Source: Amphiscolops sp. MND2022 (taxonomy: Eukaryota). Taken from it: a stretch of 64,000 nt of DNA. The position numbers and the translations under genes were made by a program. Under the pieces are notes generated by a model that was not told the DNA's origin, searched no databases, and saw only the letters and a list, made by a program, of their open reading frames with translations. Of the stretch, positions 33,769 to 47,219 are shown in pieces. Where the stretch lies: NCBI GenBank assembly GCA_964187785.1, contig OZ076412.1, forward strand, positions 53,258,001 to 53,322,000, read 5' to 3'. How positions within the stretch are numbered: position 1 is the first letter of the stretch; each line of letters opens with the position of its first letter.

Positions 33769-36700
33769 GGCATTCAAACTCAAAGTAATTTTTGATATGA
33801 AGATTGATATCACATACCCCATTGGTTGTCAGCTGACTCTGTTGGTCCAGAGTTCTTTTTTTGCCTATCGGTCCACTTTGTCTTTGTCACTGTGTCACTT
33901 TGATTTTGAGGTTTTGAATCCACACAACTTACTTGGAACAATAATTAGTGAATTTTTTTGTGTTTGATTGGCTTTGAAAACGCTCCAAACTTACACAATG
34001 TTCAAAATACATTGGTTAACAATACGATAAACATGCCGCAACGAACTGGCAGTATCTTGCTAGAGTTCAATTACTAGCAAACAAGAAAGGGTTGTTATTT
34101 TAAATACTCGTATCGCGATTTGGCCGTCACTCTGATTTGGCGTAAGGCGTAGTGAATAAAATACAGTGAATGACGACTACTCATTTCGGAGTTGAACCAA
34201 TTTTAAATTGAAAATTTTTTACTTGTCAACACTTTTCCCTGAATTTCTCAATGATTGAAATCCGCAAGTTCTCATTTCACTGTGCAATAAAATTCCAATG
34301 AACGCACTGCACTATTTGACGAGAATACGGTTCACTCGCGTTTTACGGAAGAAACACTTTACACTGAAAGATAGAATCCACCTCGGGCATTTGTGTCGTA
34401 TTGCGACAATTTCTGTGAGCTGATCGGTTTTAAACATTTTTGTGAGTTAGTCAAATCTTGTTGCCAAGTTTTTAGTCGGCGCTTACGAACTAAAAGCTGA
34501 CTATAGCAGTGGCTTTTTTCAACGAGACGCGCAGTGATATATTCAATTTTAATATTGTAGCTTATGAATGCCACTTTCCCGAGAGGTTAACCCCAATTTT
34601 CCGAGGTTCAAGATGCAGGAGGACGTGGGTTCGAGTCTCGCACTAAAACGAAAACTCTTTATGCTCGCTCTTTGTGCTCGTTGGTGGAAAAAGCTATTCA
34701 CGGGTCCTGAGGATATCTTTCTTTGGGTATTTTCCGGTACTGTATGTTTGATGAGTTTCTGCAGATTTATCAAATTTGTTTTTCTAAACCAAGAACGGGG
34801 CGCCGACTTGGGTTGTTCCCGGCTTGTTTTTGTTTACATTTGCCAACAGAGTTACGACACTTGGAATGTACTTTGATTGAAAGCAGATAGAACATCTGCT
34901 CATTGATATAGTGGCATAAGCTGTCTAAGCTATCATAAGTCACTCAATAGGTAGACATTGGGATCTCAACTTGACTTCAAGGCTCGAACACTCTGGTCGC
35001 CCAAAAATGAATTGCAATACTTCCATGTGAAATGGGTAAAGACATTTAGCTTCTCAAATCAGGTAAAATCAAGCTAGTATAATTGACATGACACATGACG
35101 AAAGTATGCAGTAGCAACCATAATCTCTCTGATCCGTTCCGAATTTTTTAAACATGATATCTAAAACAACTTTCCGCAGAGACAAACATTTGAGCCTGAA
35201 AAAGAATGTTTTGATGTGGAATGCACAATTTTTACAAGAACTAGTTATCAGCGTTTTTGAAGCAAAAGGCGCGACTATCACAGTGAGTAGTTTTTGCTAA
35301 AGCCGCACTCTGAACTATCGTCCACTGTTTCGATGCACTCTTTCCCGCTCATCAAATTTTCCATCTAGTCTTTGGAACGTAGTTTTGGGACGCAGACGTT
35401 TCATGAGTTCGAATCCTGAACTGGTATGATGCTCTTTAAAGGTTTGCAAGGTATACGAAAGTCTTTGTTGGGTTATTCCTCGAGGCCTTCTTCCTTACGT
35501 CATTTTTTGAGGCCTTCGAACAATCTGTTTATGACAGCATTCGATAGATAGTATTCGAACTGTCTTGCGTGGTACATCTCAGTGACTGATGATTCTTAAA
35601 AACTTTCTGCCACAGAGCTTTTTCGGCCAAATATGTGTATGTTAACTAAATGTTTCTCGAGACCTTCCTGTAACATGTTTTTTTTCTCATTTGTAGGTCT
35701 CCTCCTCATCAATATTCGTGCGTAATAACTACACAGGTTTCGATCCACAGATAAAAAAGTAAATTATGAATCAAAAACAAAAGTCTCTAATCTTCGTGTA
35801 GAAATTTTAGATTGCAGGGCGGAAAGAAATTCCAAAAGATCTAACTCTATCAGAAAAATAGAATTTGGTGAGTAACTTCGGCTCCTTCTATCGTGTAAGC
35901 AAAATCTCTACCGTTGCTCAAGTTCTTCGACTCCTTTGAAATGACTAAGAGAGTTGAAACAATATTCGAATTACTTTTAATAAAGAAAGTAAAATCTTGT
36001 TTTTTACCGAAATTCGCAAAGTAACAACTATCTGCGATTCAGCCAACTGTGTCGAAGTGCAAAACGCAAGTTCTCGACTTGTATAATTCCTTTCTCTAGC
36101 TCAAATTGCTAGCGACGAACCAGTTCTTTTCGCTGAGCCAAGTGTCTTGTCCAAATCCCGAGGCTCAACTTGCTTGAAGGTCTCTAATATCCAAATCGGC
36201 CTCAATTGAGTTTGTTCATCGCGCGCATTTCTGTTGTTTCGATGTCGCCCTTTAAGTTGCATGCGTTGACTTTATGTTAATCTATTCGTTTTATGGCAGA
36301 GCAAGCGCTTCTAATTATACTTCGACTAAACATTTTTTGCCGCCAACTCCAATCAAGTCAACATCTTGTCCGAAGTCCACATTCTATAATAATTCAAGTC
36401 ACACAAGATTTTTCTAATGTCCAGAGAGTGGCTCAATGACTTTCAGTTACATGGTTTACATGCTCTCTACGCGTGAGTGGTACTTTTTCACTTTTTCTAT
36501 CATTCTAAGTGCGGTGTAGAGCGAATCTGCCCTCCTGACTGAAATGCACAAATTATCACGCCAATTGATGGGTTGCAAATACTGTTCCATTCTCGTTTGT
36601 AACTGACTACATTCATCATTCCGGTTCGTTTGAGATATTACTAGCCAAGGTCGAATGACTTTCACCTGTGGGGCCCGCACGTCCGGTCTCGTGTGCCTTT

Positions 36701-38769
36701 AACAAACATTACCTTGCGCGCCCTGGGCCGAATAATGTATCTTTCATGTATCAACATCTCATGTAAATTTCATGATCCTCGGGTCAACTGGTGACGATAT
36801 ACATAACATTCGGCGTTTGTTTACAAAGCGTCCGCGCTCGTCCTACACGTGTGGCAGGGTTCCAGAAATAAACGCAAACGGCCTAATATCCTATGAGCTA
36901 TCAATCTATACATTACCTGACTTCTCCTGTACTTGGCCGAGGAGCGTCTAGCGGGTTCGACCTAGGCCACTTCCGGTGCTAGTAGCCCGAGATTGGGGGT
37001 GTCTTGGCTCGGTTCCGGTTTCATAAACGAGTAGCATAATAGTTCAGGTATACCTGTGCCAAAATTTCAGCGGCATCGGATGTTAGTTCTCCGGGAGGGG
37101 AGTTGGTGTTTTTTGCATACCTCTCGTTTTCGCACAAAAGAAAAACTTAGTAGAATTCACTTAAAGAATCAACTCTGACTTGACTAACTCGAACAATTTA
37201 GTCGCTGAAGTCAAATATACTCTATATTCAAGTGGCGAGAAGTAGCGTCTAATTAGGTAAACACCGAGTTAGCCAGATGTGCCTAACAAAACATGCTATA
37301 ATCAGCCTTTTCAGCTGTTTTACTAATCCGACGGTGTAAAAACGTGGTTAACATAGCTCTGTCTATTGTCTGGGTTTCGCGCAAAAACAAAGGGATTTTT
37401 CTCTAAAACGCCAAAATATAAAAATTCTACACTTTGAAAGTTCGATTCTTCAGCAAAACAAAAAGTAACTTCTTTCATATGACATTTGAAGTTGCGCTTT
37501 GAACGCGCAAATTGAACAAGGATTTAATGATACCATGTGTTAGTTTCCAGTGAAGTGTTGAATAGTTGTTAGCGCTCCAGAAAATGTAGTTGGACACTAA
37601 TGAGACTCGAAAACAACTTTTCACCAACTCGAAATATCCAAACACCAATTTTTCGAGAAAAAAATCGAAGTGTTTTGGAAAACAGTCTCGAAGTGTTGAA
37701 ATCCCAAAAGGAGTCTATTTAGGTTCGCAAAATGCAGAGTGTCGAAGAAAAGCCAAAGGCGGGACACTTTGGTCTCCCTCTGCACTTACAAGCATGAAAT
37801 TTTTTTTATATCATTGCACGTACCGAAGCCACATACACCTGATGCCCAGTCACGCACTCATCCATCGAGCCAAGTGATATATGAATTGCATTTGCAATTG
37901 AAATTATAGAAATGTTGAAAGAATTGTGTCAAGTCGCTGGTCTTCAAAAACAGCCACTACTATATACTGTGTTTTCTACGAAAGCGGCGACAACAATGTA
38001 AAATCTGAATTCAAGGGAATGCTTTTTGAGTGATCGAGCACGTGGGATTAGACTAGACAGTGTGTGTGAGGATGGTCCTGTAGAAAACTTGGATGTGAAG
38101 CGAAACCTCACCAATCAATATAATTTTGAGTTTTGTTTCTCTCAATACTTCCACCAAAAACCAATACAGCACAAAAAAACATTGTAAATTGCGCCCATAT
38201 TGTCTTCTTATCCCTACTTTTTGACTTTACAGTGGTCTTTCATTTCTTTTCTTTTTTCTTTCAATTATTATCAAATACGCGTTCGTTCCTTTCAAACATC
38301 AAACAAATTCTACAAGAACGTCGCCTTTTAAAAAACGTTTTCAAATTTTAAGGGTTATGTAGACATTGTGAAGTTTTTGCAGAACTAACAGAAGGACGGC
38401 CTGCGTTTGGAACCAAAACCAAAGCACCGACTTGCAACGTTCCTGTCTTGTTTAGTTTATGATCCTACGATACCTTTTGCCAACTTATGAGCCTGGATTT
38501 TTTCCTTAAGGAGCCGTGTACGAGTATACAAAAACTATCGCAAAACTACTACGTGTCTTGTTTCAAATTTCAAACAATGCATCCACATTTATTTTGAACG
38601 TCAAGAACAGTGCAGCAAAGGCTAGTGGGGCAAAGAAATATAGAATTTTTGTCGGTCTTAGTTGTTCCGTGCTTATGTTCTATCACTTTTTCGTTCAAAA
38701 GTATTTGTTCTTAGTGGCCATTCTGTAAACGTAGATGCTGTAAGGTACAGAGAGCTTAAAACTGTCTGG

Positions 38770-41700
38770 TTTGGTAAAACGTAACTTTACAGTCACGTAG
38801 AATTGAGAAAGAGTGAACAGAATCAAAAGATGCAAACAATTAACGGAATTTTGAAAGTTTAGAATATCTAGAATATTTAGAAATCTACACTGAATAGCAT
38901 GAACATTTGCCCGCCCCTTAAACGGGTTCCACTGAAACAATTAGGACAAAGCAGCAATTGTAAAAACTCAAAAAAGAGCTTTTTTTGAGTAAGAGGAAAG
39001 GTATACTAAGCTTGGTTTGCGGGAAATTGGAACACTACAGACATACACCAGAGAGCAGAGACCCACTACCCACGGTATTTTACAGCGAGAAAGGTTAAGG
39101 AATCTCTAAAGCAAGGGTTAGCTAGAATCAGAAAGACTCAAAACTGCGAAGCTATTTAAAAACGATTTATTATTTGTAATTTCGAAAACAAGTGAATGGT
39201 TACCGATTGACTTCGTTCAAATGGCTGTAGTAATTGGTTTCATCCAGAACAAGGTCGCTTTTATTTCAGTTGTTAGTTAGAGGCCGTGCCATCCAGCTGC
39301 GATCTTCGGGTCTTTGTTGCACTGGGTGTCTTCTTAGTTACTAAGTGTGTTTCATTTTCCTTTGGGTATTGATTTCGTTGGTGACTTGATTCTTGGTTGC
39401 AGTCATCCCACTCTTTTGCTGGCAAAACGAAGACAACCGGCGAATTGGCCGCACGTAGAATCCTCTTCGGGTCAGGATCTCGACGACGCAGGTGGTTTGG
39501 TCTTTTTTTGGAAAACTTTAGTAGCCATGGTCATTTGCCACATCATCGGCGGTGGGTTGTCTCCTTTGAGGAAAACGATGTCTCCTATCTGCGAGGTCTG
39601 TTGTTCTTCTGTCCACTTCTGTCGTTGTCGTAGCGTTGTTAGGTATTCTTTCGATCATCGCTTCCAGAAAAAGTTCATGGCGTATTGTTGCTGTTGAAAC
39701 TTTCGGACAAATGATAAGTTTGCAGAATCAAGTAGCTCAATTTCAGGAACAGCTAGTACTTGGCGTCCGATTGGAAAATGAGCTGGCGTGAGAGCAGGAA
39801 GCTCGTTGTGATCAAAGGTTGGAGCTGTGAGCGGACGAGAATTCATTATGGCTTTGAACTGGTTCAGCAGGGCTGTCGATTCGTTGAGGGTAAGCGTAGT
39901 TCTTCCAGTTGTCTTCATCAGATGGCGTTTCAAGGGTTTGACTGCTGCTTCCCACAGTCCACCGAAATAGGGAGAACCTGGTGTTTTTGTGAGCCATTGT
40001 ATTTTGTGATAAGCCACAAAGGGCTCCAGAGCGTCGTTGAATTTCTGTTCAGCTAGCATTCGTCGTAGTCCAAGCTCGGTGTGGCTTTCCGTGGATGTGC
40101 GCGAGTTGTCGCTGTAGATTGTTTGAGACAACCCACGACGGGCGAAAAAGCGTTGTCGGATAGAGAGGTAGATTTTTATAGGTGTTTTGGCTGGCTCCAA
40201 ACGCACAGCTTTTGTTGATAAGCAAATGAAGGTGGCGACATAGACCTTTTTGCTTTTCGATTTTGTCGTGATTGGGCCACAGTAGTCGAGTCCGGTGTGG
40301 GTGAAATCTCAGGATGGAGAGATGTGTTCTTTGGGTAGATCTCCCATTATCAACAGTTGGCGTAGGCAGCTATTGAAACGGGTGCATTGAGGGCTTCGTC
40401 GAATTGTCGATTGTACAAAATGGGTACCATTTGGTATTCAGACGGTTCGTCGTAAGGTTGACAAAGTCAGTTACCTACCTACGTGGAGGCAATGGAGATG
40501 TGTTTCGCGGATCAGTGGTGCAATGCTAGCCTACTGTCGAAGAACAATGATGACAACTTGGTGAAAGGATGAAAGGCTTCTAGTGAGCTCTTGCTGGGCA
40601 AACTTCTACCTTGACGAAGGATATCAAATTCGGTAGATGTTATCTTTGGACGGTTCGGAAGATGAAACGTCGTCGGCGTATGGGGTTGTTATCGGGTTTG
40701 TTAGGGGTGGTCGGCGAGGTATTCTTTCTACTTTCGGCTGTTTTGTTTGTTTCAAACCGGAAACAAACCGAAGGACAAATGTGAACACTTTGACAAGCTT
40801 CTTAAACCTCGAAAAAATGGTTGCAGCTATGAGAATTGTATGATCGGTGTCCTTTGAGTCTTTGAAACGTCCAAGTTTGCGGGCCAACTGGTTTGCTGGT
40901 GATCTAACTCCAGAAAGTTGGTTCATCATCTTCGTCTCCTTTTTCGTCTTCTTGTTTGTTTTCTTCAACAAGGTGGTCTTTGTTGTCGAGCGTTGATGTT
41001 TAATTGAAATGTTTTAACTTATTTTGTTGTTTACAGGCTGGCAGGCAAACAACTGTATGTAGTTCGCTGTTTGGCTTTGTAAGTTTCGTTGCTTACAATT
41101 GTTTGGCGGTAGTTCTCATCAGCTTGATGAGATCTCTTGGATTTTGTGAGGCTCTCTTTTGGCAGAACTATGTAGTTTCTGGACCATGCTGGAGATGACA
41201 TGCGCAGCCACGCGGGTCCTAGCCACCATAGTTGGTGATCTTTGAGCTTTTGAAGCGACATACCACTGCTAGCTCAGTCGGGCGGGCTGGAATCGGTAAT
41301 AACGTGGTTCCATTTTTTCTGCTGGTACTGCTCTTTGGATTTCTGCCACGCGGTTGGCGACGAAAGTTTCCCTAGTACACGGATGATTTTTTTTCAAGCC
41401 AAAATGACAGTGGATTCAGTCCAAGCAAAGACTTCAAGGTTCGGAAATCTTCCGTCTTCGAGAGCGTTCCTGTTAGAACCAATTGTGCTCCCAAACGAGC
41501 GGCACAGAGTTATAGTCTGGGAGCACAAGTGGTTTTGATAGGGCCACTCTCGTTTTGGCCACGAGGAGTTGACACATGTGGTGTCCTTGACAGACGGGTT
41601 GACGACTGTATACGGTTGCGGCGTAGGCGGTTTCTGAGGAGTCACAAAAGACGCAAAGTTGTAGAGTTTCTACTGTGAAAGGCGTGTGCTTATCCAGAGC

Positions 41701-44320
41701 GCACCTCGGAATCTGGTGGTACTTCTTCGACTGACTTGAGATGCTGACAGAGGTTCTGGTACTGTTGTGACAATTTCTGTTTGAGTGGGTCATCCCAGCA
41801 GTTTGTGGATGTCCTTATGCTTCTTTATCGAGGAGTATTTGGCGGAACATTTTGCCGGTGTCAGTTGACAAAATCATTTTGTGGAATCGGAATATGATCA
41901 AGATCTCAAAATGATCCTTTTGGACCATCCGAGCATCATATTATCGTTGAGTGACACTCCGGAAGTCGTTTTCGCCGGAGCGTCAAAAAGGGCACGAAAG
42001 GTTGATTCCTTCAGGACGCAGTGGTGAGGTAGATAGAAGCTTTTGCTGGATTCGATGGAAATAACGGAATTCGAGGTCTTCTCCATGTGTCGCAGATCCA
42101 GAAGTATCTGGCATAGAGATTTCATTTTGAAGGGTAGTTTGACAACGAATTGTCCGTCTTGATTACGAATGGTCATCTCCCAAAATTTCTTCAAGCTATC
42201 TTCTCGAATCAACTTCATTGAGCTGAAGCATGTTGTGAGCGATTGAATCAGCACTGAATGGGAACCTCCATTGACAACCCAACCTAACAAAGAGTTATGG
42301 TAAGTGATGTTGTTTTCAGTGATCCAAGATGTTGATTTCGTATAGCTCTGCTCCAAGAATGAGGTCAATTCCTGATGATGTGTTGCATGTTGGGTCGGCA
42401 AGTCTGCAGTTTGGGAGATGTTGTTGGGACTGTGGATGAATGCAGGACATTAGTGAGCTTTGACATTACAGCTCGCACTGGATTGGCTGTCTCGTTTTTG
42501 GCGTGAGGAGGAAATCAGTTGCTCCTTGATGATGTAGCTCATCCATGGACCACAGAGCAAAGATTCGCGTGTGATGTTTTCGAAGTGGTAGACATAGTCG
42601 TTTGACTAGATTATCAGCAATCAGGTTGCTTCGTGAACCTGAATCCAAAAGTGCTCGGAAATAGGTGGGTGGTTTCACCATTTGCCAAGATGGGAACCAT
42701 TGCTGTTTGGAGGATTTTGTTTACGGCCTTTGTTGAGAAATTGAGCTGGAGATTATTTGATTTTCTGGCAGCGACGGCGCTCTGGCCACGGAAGCTTCTC
42801 CAGCGGCGAGATTCGGGGTGTTATTTTCAACTGTGTTGTTTTTAGATCTGATTGGTTGAAAGGATTGCAGATGAAGAAGTGTATGATGCTTCAAGTTGTT
42901 TTGATGGCAGGTTGTTCCTGTGCAGTCTTCTTGTCGATGACCTGTTTTCAAGCTTTTGAAGCAGAGATTTTTCATTCTGACAAACTGCGCTCGATTAGGG
43001 ACATTGAGATCCTTAAACTTCGGGTAGAGATGTAGCCTTTGAGACCCATTGCATCACTCGCATTTGACTGCGGATGTTGCGACGTTGATGTTGTAGCTGC
43101 GTTGTGATGATTGTGAAGGCTGACTGTTTTGACGAGTTGTAAAGCGGGGTTGTGTTGAAGTTGAAGCTGGCGGCGTTGAGAGAGTAGCTGCTTCCAGGGC
43201 CAGTCATCTGGAATCGAGAAACTTCTTGAGGTCGTCGTAGGTCTGGTGTTCTGTTTCAGGAGTCGAAAGTTCCCAGAATTTTCGTGTTTCTGCTGGCAGT
43301 TTCTCTGTTTTGAGATATACCAGAAAAACGTCTTGTTGATTGACTGGTTGTTCCAGGCTAGGCGGTCTTCTACTGTTTCCAAAAGTTGTCGAATGTGTTT
43401 GGCTGTTTCTTGGGTGAGTGGCTTCTGGACATCAATTGCGTTCACATGTGCGCGCAATATCATGCGGTTGTTTTGGTAGTGGTTTCGTAACATCTTTAGA
43501 GCGACTGTGTAGTTAGCATCAGTAATTGTTACCGATTATAAAAGTTTTGCTGCGTCGCCCTTCAAAGACGCTTTGAGATATTGCAGTTTCAGGCTGTCGA
43601 GAAATGTCGTGTTGTTGTGAACTGCTCCTTTGAAGAGGTCGAAAAAAGATGTCCAGGTGAGGCCAGAGAATGTCGGCAACTCCAGTTTCGGTAGCTTTGC
43701 TGTTGTTGAAGATTGTGTACTTCTTGTGGATGACGGTAGAGATTATGATGTTGATGTTGATGCGGCAAGGGTGTTGCATTTGATGAAGCGATTTGTTTGG
43801 TCAGGTTGTTGAACCAATTAGTCATCATATTTTTCTGACTGTAAGAGGTCGTCTTCGAGGGTTCCTTCGTCGTCGAACTTAGCTTGAGATTCTTCGCCAC
43901 GAGACAAATCTTTGAACTCTAACATTTTCAAAGAATAGGAAATACTTCGAATGAATGGATTTCTTGACTTTCAATTCTTAACTTCTTACTGTTTTAAACT
44001 ATCACTTTGCTTTGAGCTTTGAATATTCTAGAAGGAATCAAGGAAAATATGTCTTTTTTGTTTATTTTCCGAGAATTTAAGATTTTTCAATACTTCAGCA
44101 GTTTTTTTAAAAGCTTGTTTTGAGGTAATTCGGCAAGCTTATTTTCCAAAAAAGATCGATTCGTTTTTCTTTCGAATGAGAGTTTTAACGTTGGCCACTG
44201 AAAATGGTTTGGTAAAACGTGACTTTACAGTAACAGAATCGAAAAAGAGTGAACAATCAAAAGGTGCAAGATGTTAACGGATGTTTGAAAGTTTAGAGTT
44301 TAGACTGAACGGCCTGAACA
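38770..44320 (-). mobile_element. Decayed BEL/Pao LTR retrotransposon
   Basis: Gag DUF1759-like PKLELPTFSG..WTSFFDLF; knuckle CFKSLKTGHRQEDC...KHHTLLH; protease RALLDSGS; FYLPHH RT start; RNase H CVFCDSSETAYAA; integrase PYFGGLWEAAVK...NSRPL...LTPAHF. Similar segments at 38770-38905 and 44210-44320 end in GAACA (LTR-like); PPT-like GGGGCGGG next to the left one. Confidence 0.85.
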
Positions 44321-45109
44321 CCGTCCTTCCTCGTTGCCGTGGCCTTGGTCCTTTTAGATGTTGGAATCTTATGTCAATATGCCATATGTTCTGCGTTTTT
44401 GGTGAGAGTACTCAGAGGCTTGGGTTTAACCTCTGTCGTCATATCTCTTGCTTCGACTAGATCAGGGTTCTCCTGTTGAAACTCTGTACAGTAGACCAAA
44501 GTTTGAGGTTAAGTTAACGGAGCTGCTTATAAACGGAGTTCATGAAAATTGATATAAAGACCGTTTTCTAGTTATTTTTTGGGGGTTCGCTTTATTTTAG
44601 TCAAAGTACTTCTACTGAAAAAGTAAAGACATTTTTCATGCATCCGGTCACTTGGAAAAGGGAAAATGTTTCGTAGTTATTCATTCAGTTTCATTGCGTC
44701 TTGATTTTTCACGTTCCTCAAATTCAAAGCATTGAAACATGATTGTTCTCAGTGTCTCTGAACGCAATCTTTTGCTTCCACTAATCCGGCTTATTATGAC
44801 CTTGGAACTTCGGAAAAAAAGTTTCACAAAAATAGGCAACCACGCTTGGGAAAGTTAAAGTAATGAAGCTAGATTCTCAGCTGGACTGAATAAGATGTAA
44901 AGTAGGCCACCGCACGTCTAGCGCAAGACATAAATATAAGATGCGGGATTCGGTATATTATTTTTCTTGGTACTCTTAAATAAAGTTGCTATATATTATA
45001 ATATTTAAAAAATTATATTTTCCCTGTCTCGTTTAACGCAAAGTATGAGAAATTGACGCAGGTGTTAAATGTTTCATAGTTTTCATTTCTACTACTCAAA
45101 CTAATTGGT

Positions 45110-45605
45110 AACAAGACGAGAACGCCTCAAGTCGGCGCTATATCTAAGGCTCAAAAAGCGCAAAACATTTTTTTTGGAAAAAAACTTGAAATTTTCGAAA
45201 AAAATGTCTTTCGGAAAATGTCGCACAGTGCCGAAAAATGTAAAAGGGGGACCCTTTTTGATTTATAAACACGCATTCTGTAGCAAAATAACAAAAAGCT
45301 CAAAGGGGGGACCCTTTGGGGACATTTAAAAATTTCGAAAAAAAAGTCTCACAGCGCCGAAAAAAAAATCGAAAGGGGGGGGGGTACGAAACTTTAGTCC
45401 CGTCCGGGCTTGTATGTAACGTTTAAAAAGTAAATGAATGCGCTCCCCGTTTGCCTTTAGCGGTCCAGTAGTTTAGTACTTATTTAGTAGTTGAACGTTA
45501 ATTTTAACGTTCGTCGCTTCGAGTCTGTCTTAAATAAAAAAAAAAGAAAAAAAACGAGTGACTGTAATAGTCGGGTTCTTTTCTTAAGGAAAGCGCCGAC
45601 TAAAA
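45110..45605 (+). mobile_element. Non-autonomous Helentron/HINE(DINE-1)-like repeat
   Basis: Starts AACAAG; subterminal inverted repeat AGTCGGCGCT / AGCGCCGACT; short 3' hairpin; internal AAAGGGGGACCCT motifs; family copies elsewhere in the window. Confidence 0.6.
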
Positions 45606-45838
45606 ATGCTCCTCAATAAAGATCATCAAAATGCAGGGAACGATCACCATACCAAAAACAAGACGCAATTCGCCAACTCCCTTGAACGAAGAACAAAAAA
45701 TTAGCAGGCACAGAAATGAAACCAAATGGTAGTAGAGACCAATAGATCCTATAGAGAAAGATACAAAATGATCCCAGAAAAATAGCAAAAAATGGCTTGG
45801 CTTCAAAAACTGTTTGGCTCTTGTATAAGGAATTGAAT

Positions 45839-46356
45839 CCGGGGCTTCGGGCAATAAGTTCGATTCACTAAGTTCGAATTTGTACTAGTGCAATAAGTTC
45901 GAATGGAATAGTTTCGAGACACCAAGTTCGAATTTTCATATCGGGCATTTCCGGTGTAAACTGGACATCCTTCACACAAGAACCTGAGAGCTCCACCGCC
46001 TAGGATCTAAAGGAATCTAAGAACTGAAATGTGGGGCATATTCGGTGTATGCACGCTCGCCCTCACCGTCGCAACGACCACTGGCAGCTCCCATTACGAT
46101 CGCTTCGCGATCTCCGTTCCCGCTAGGTCTTTGCTCCTGTTCGACCTCGCTTAGCAAGATGGGAACATAAGCGGCCCAAGGGGCCGCGGGGCACTAGATG
46201 AAATCGGGAAATATCAGAGGCACGTTTTATACTTCGTTCAAAATTCGAACACAGCGATTCGAACTTGTTCCTGTTTTTGAAAAATTCGAACTTAGTCCAT
46301 TCGAAATTAAAATTCTAACTTATGCGTTCGAACTTCTTACCGTGCCCCGAATCCGG
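45839..46356. mobile_element. MITE-like element with inverted arrays of AAGTTCGAA motifs enclosing the Helitron-like core
   Basis: Left arm repeats AAGTTCGAA, right arm repeats TTCGAACTT; imperfect CCGG... termini. Confidence 0.5.
46029..46197 (+). mobile_element. Short non-autonomous Helitron-like core (copy 2)
   Basis: Perfect 7-bp hairpin GCGGCCC-AAG-GGGCCGC followed by GGGGCACTAG; inverted match to 2077-2241. Confidence 0.45.
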
Positions 46357-47219
46357 AACCCCGTAAGTTTTTAAATCGAGAGGTGTGAAAATGTAAATCT
46401 TGAAATGAAACCCAGGGCATCTCCTTCACTCAGAACGGTTCCCCAGAAAGACCGTTACAGATGTCGCAAGGAGTTTGATCGTAATTATATCTATGACCTA
46501 AATAAGACCTCCAAACTAGTTAATTAGTCAATCTACGACACTGCTGCTTAAATTGAAAAGAGAACACAACTAAGTGAGGCACCTGACTAAAACCGGAGTG
46601 TCGGTTCTGCTGATGAAAGGACTTTCTCTGCTCCGTAGAACAAAAAAATAGTGAGTACCAGCGTTTTCCAAAACAAAACATCCGCCGTTGCTGCGTCTTG
46701 AAATTTTTTTCATGGTTTGCTTGCAGTAAAATTTTTTCCTTGAAGTGTTTTCTCTGAAGAACTTTTGCTTGACAAATTGAGCTATTATTGGTGGTAGTTT
46801 AATCTACACCAAGTACATCCACTGATTACGGTGTGTAGTTTTAAAAACAATAGTATGTGGGTTCGAACCCCGCTTAGGACCAGAACTTTCTAAGTTTTTA
46901 TTAGTTGTTGCTTCCGTCAGAAAACGCAGACTGTAGTAGTGGCTTTTTAAAAGAGGTGCGAACTATGGTATATTAATTATTATTTTCCGTCCATATTTCA
47001 TATGGAAAAGGAAAATATTTAAATCAAATGGGTTTTTTTACAAAGTTTTTTTACAAAGTTTACAAAGAATTAAATTATATCCTAGCTAAAGGGTTTCGCC
47101 CATAGAATTCAACTGATGTAAAATTAGTATCATGCGGTATGTTTTTGTCGAAATTTTTAGATTTTTTTGATTGACCCTAAAGACCCCAGAATGACCCAAA
47201 AAAGACCCCAAAAACAGTA

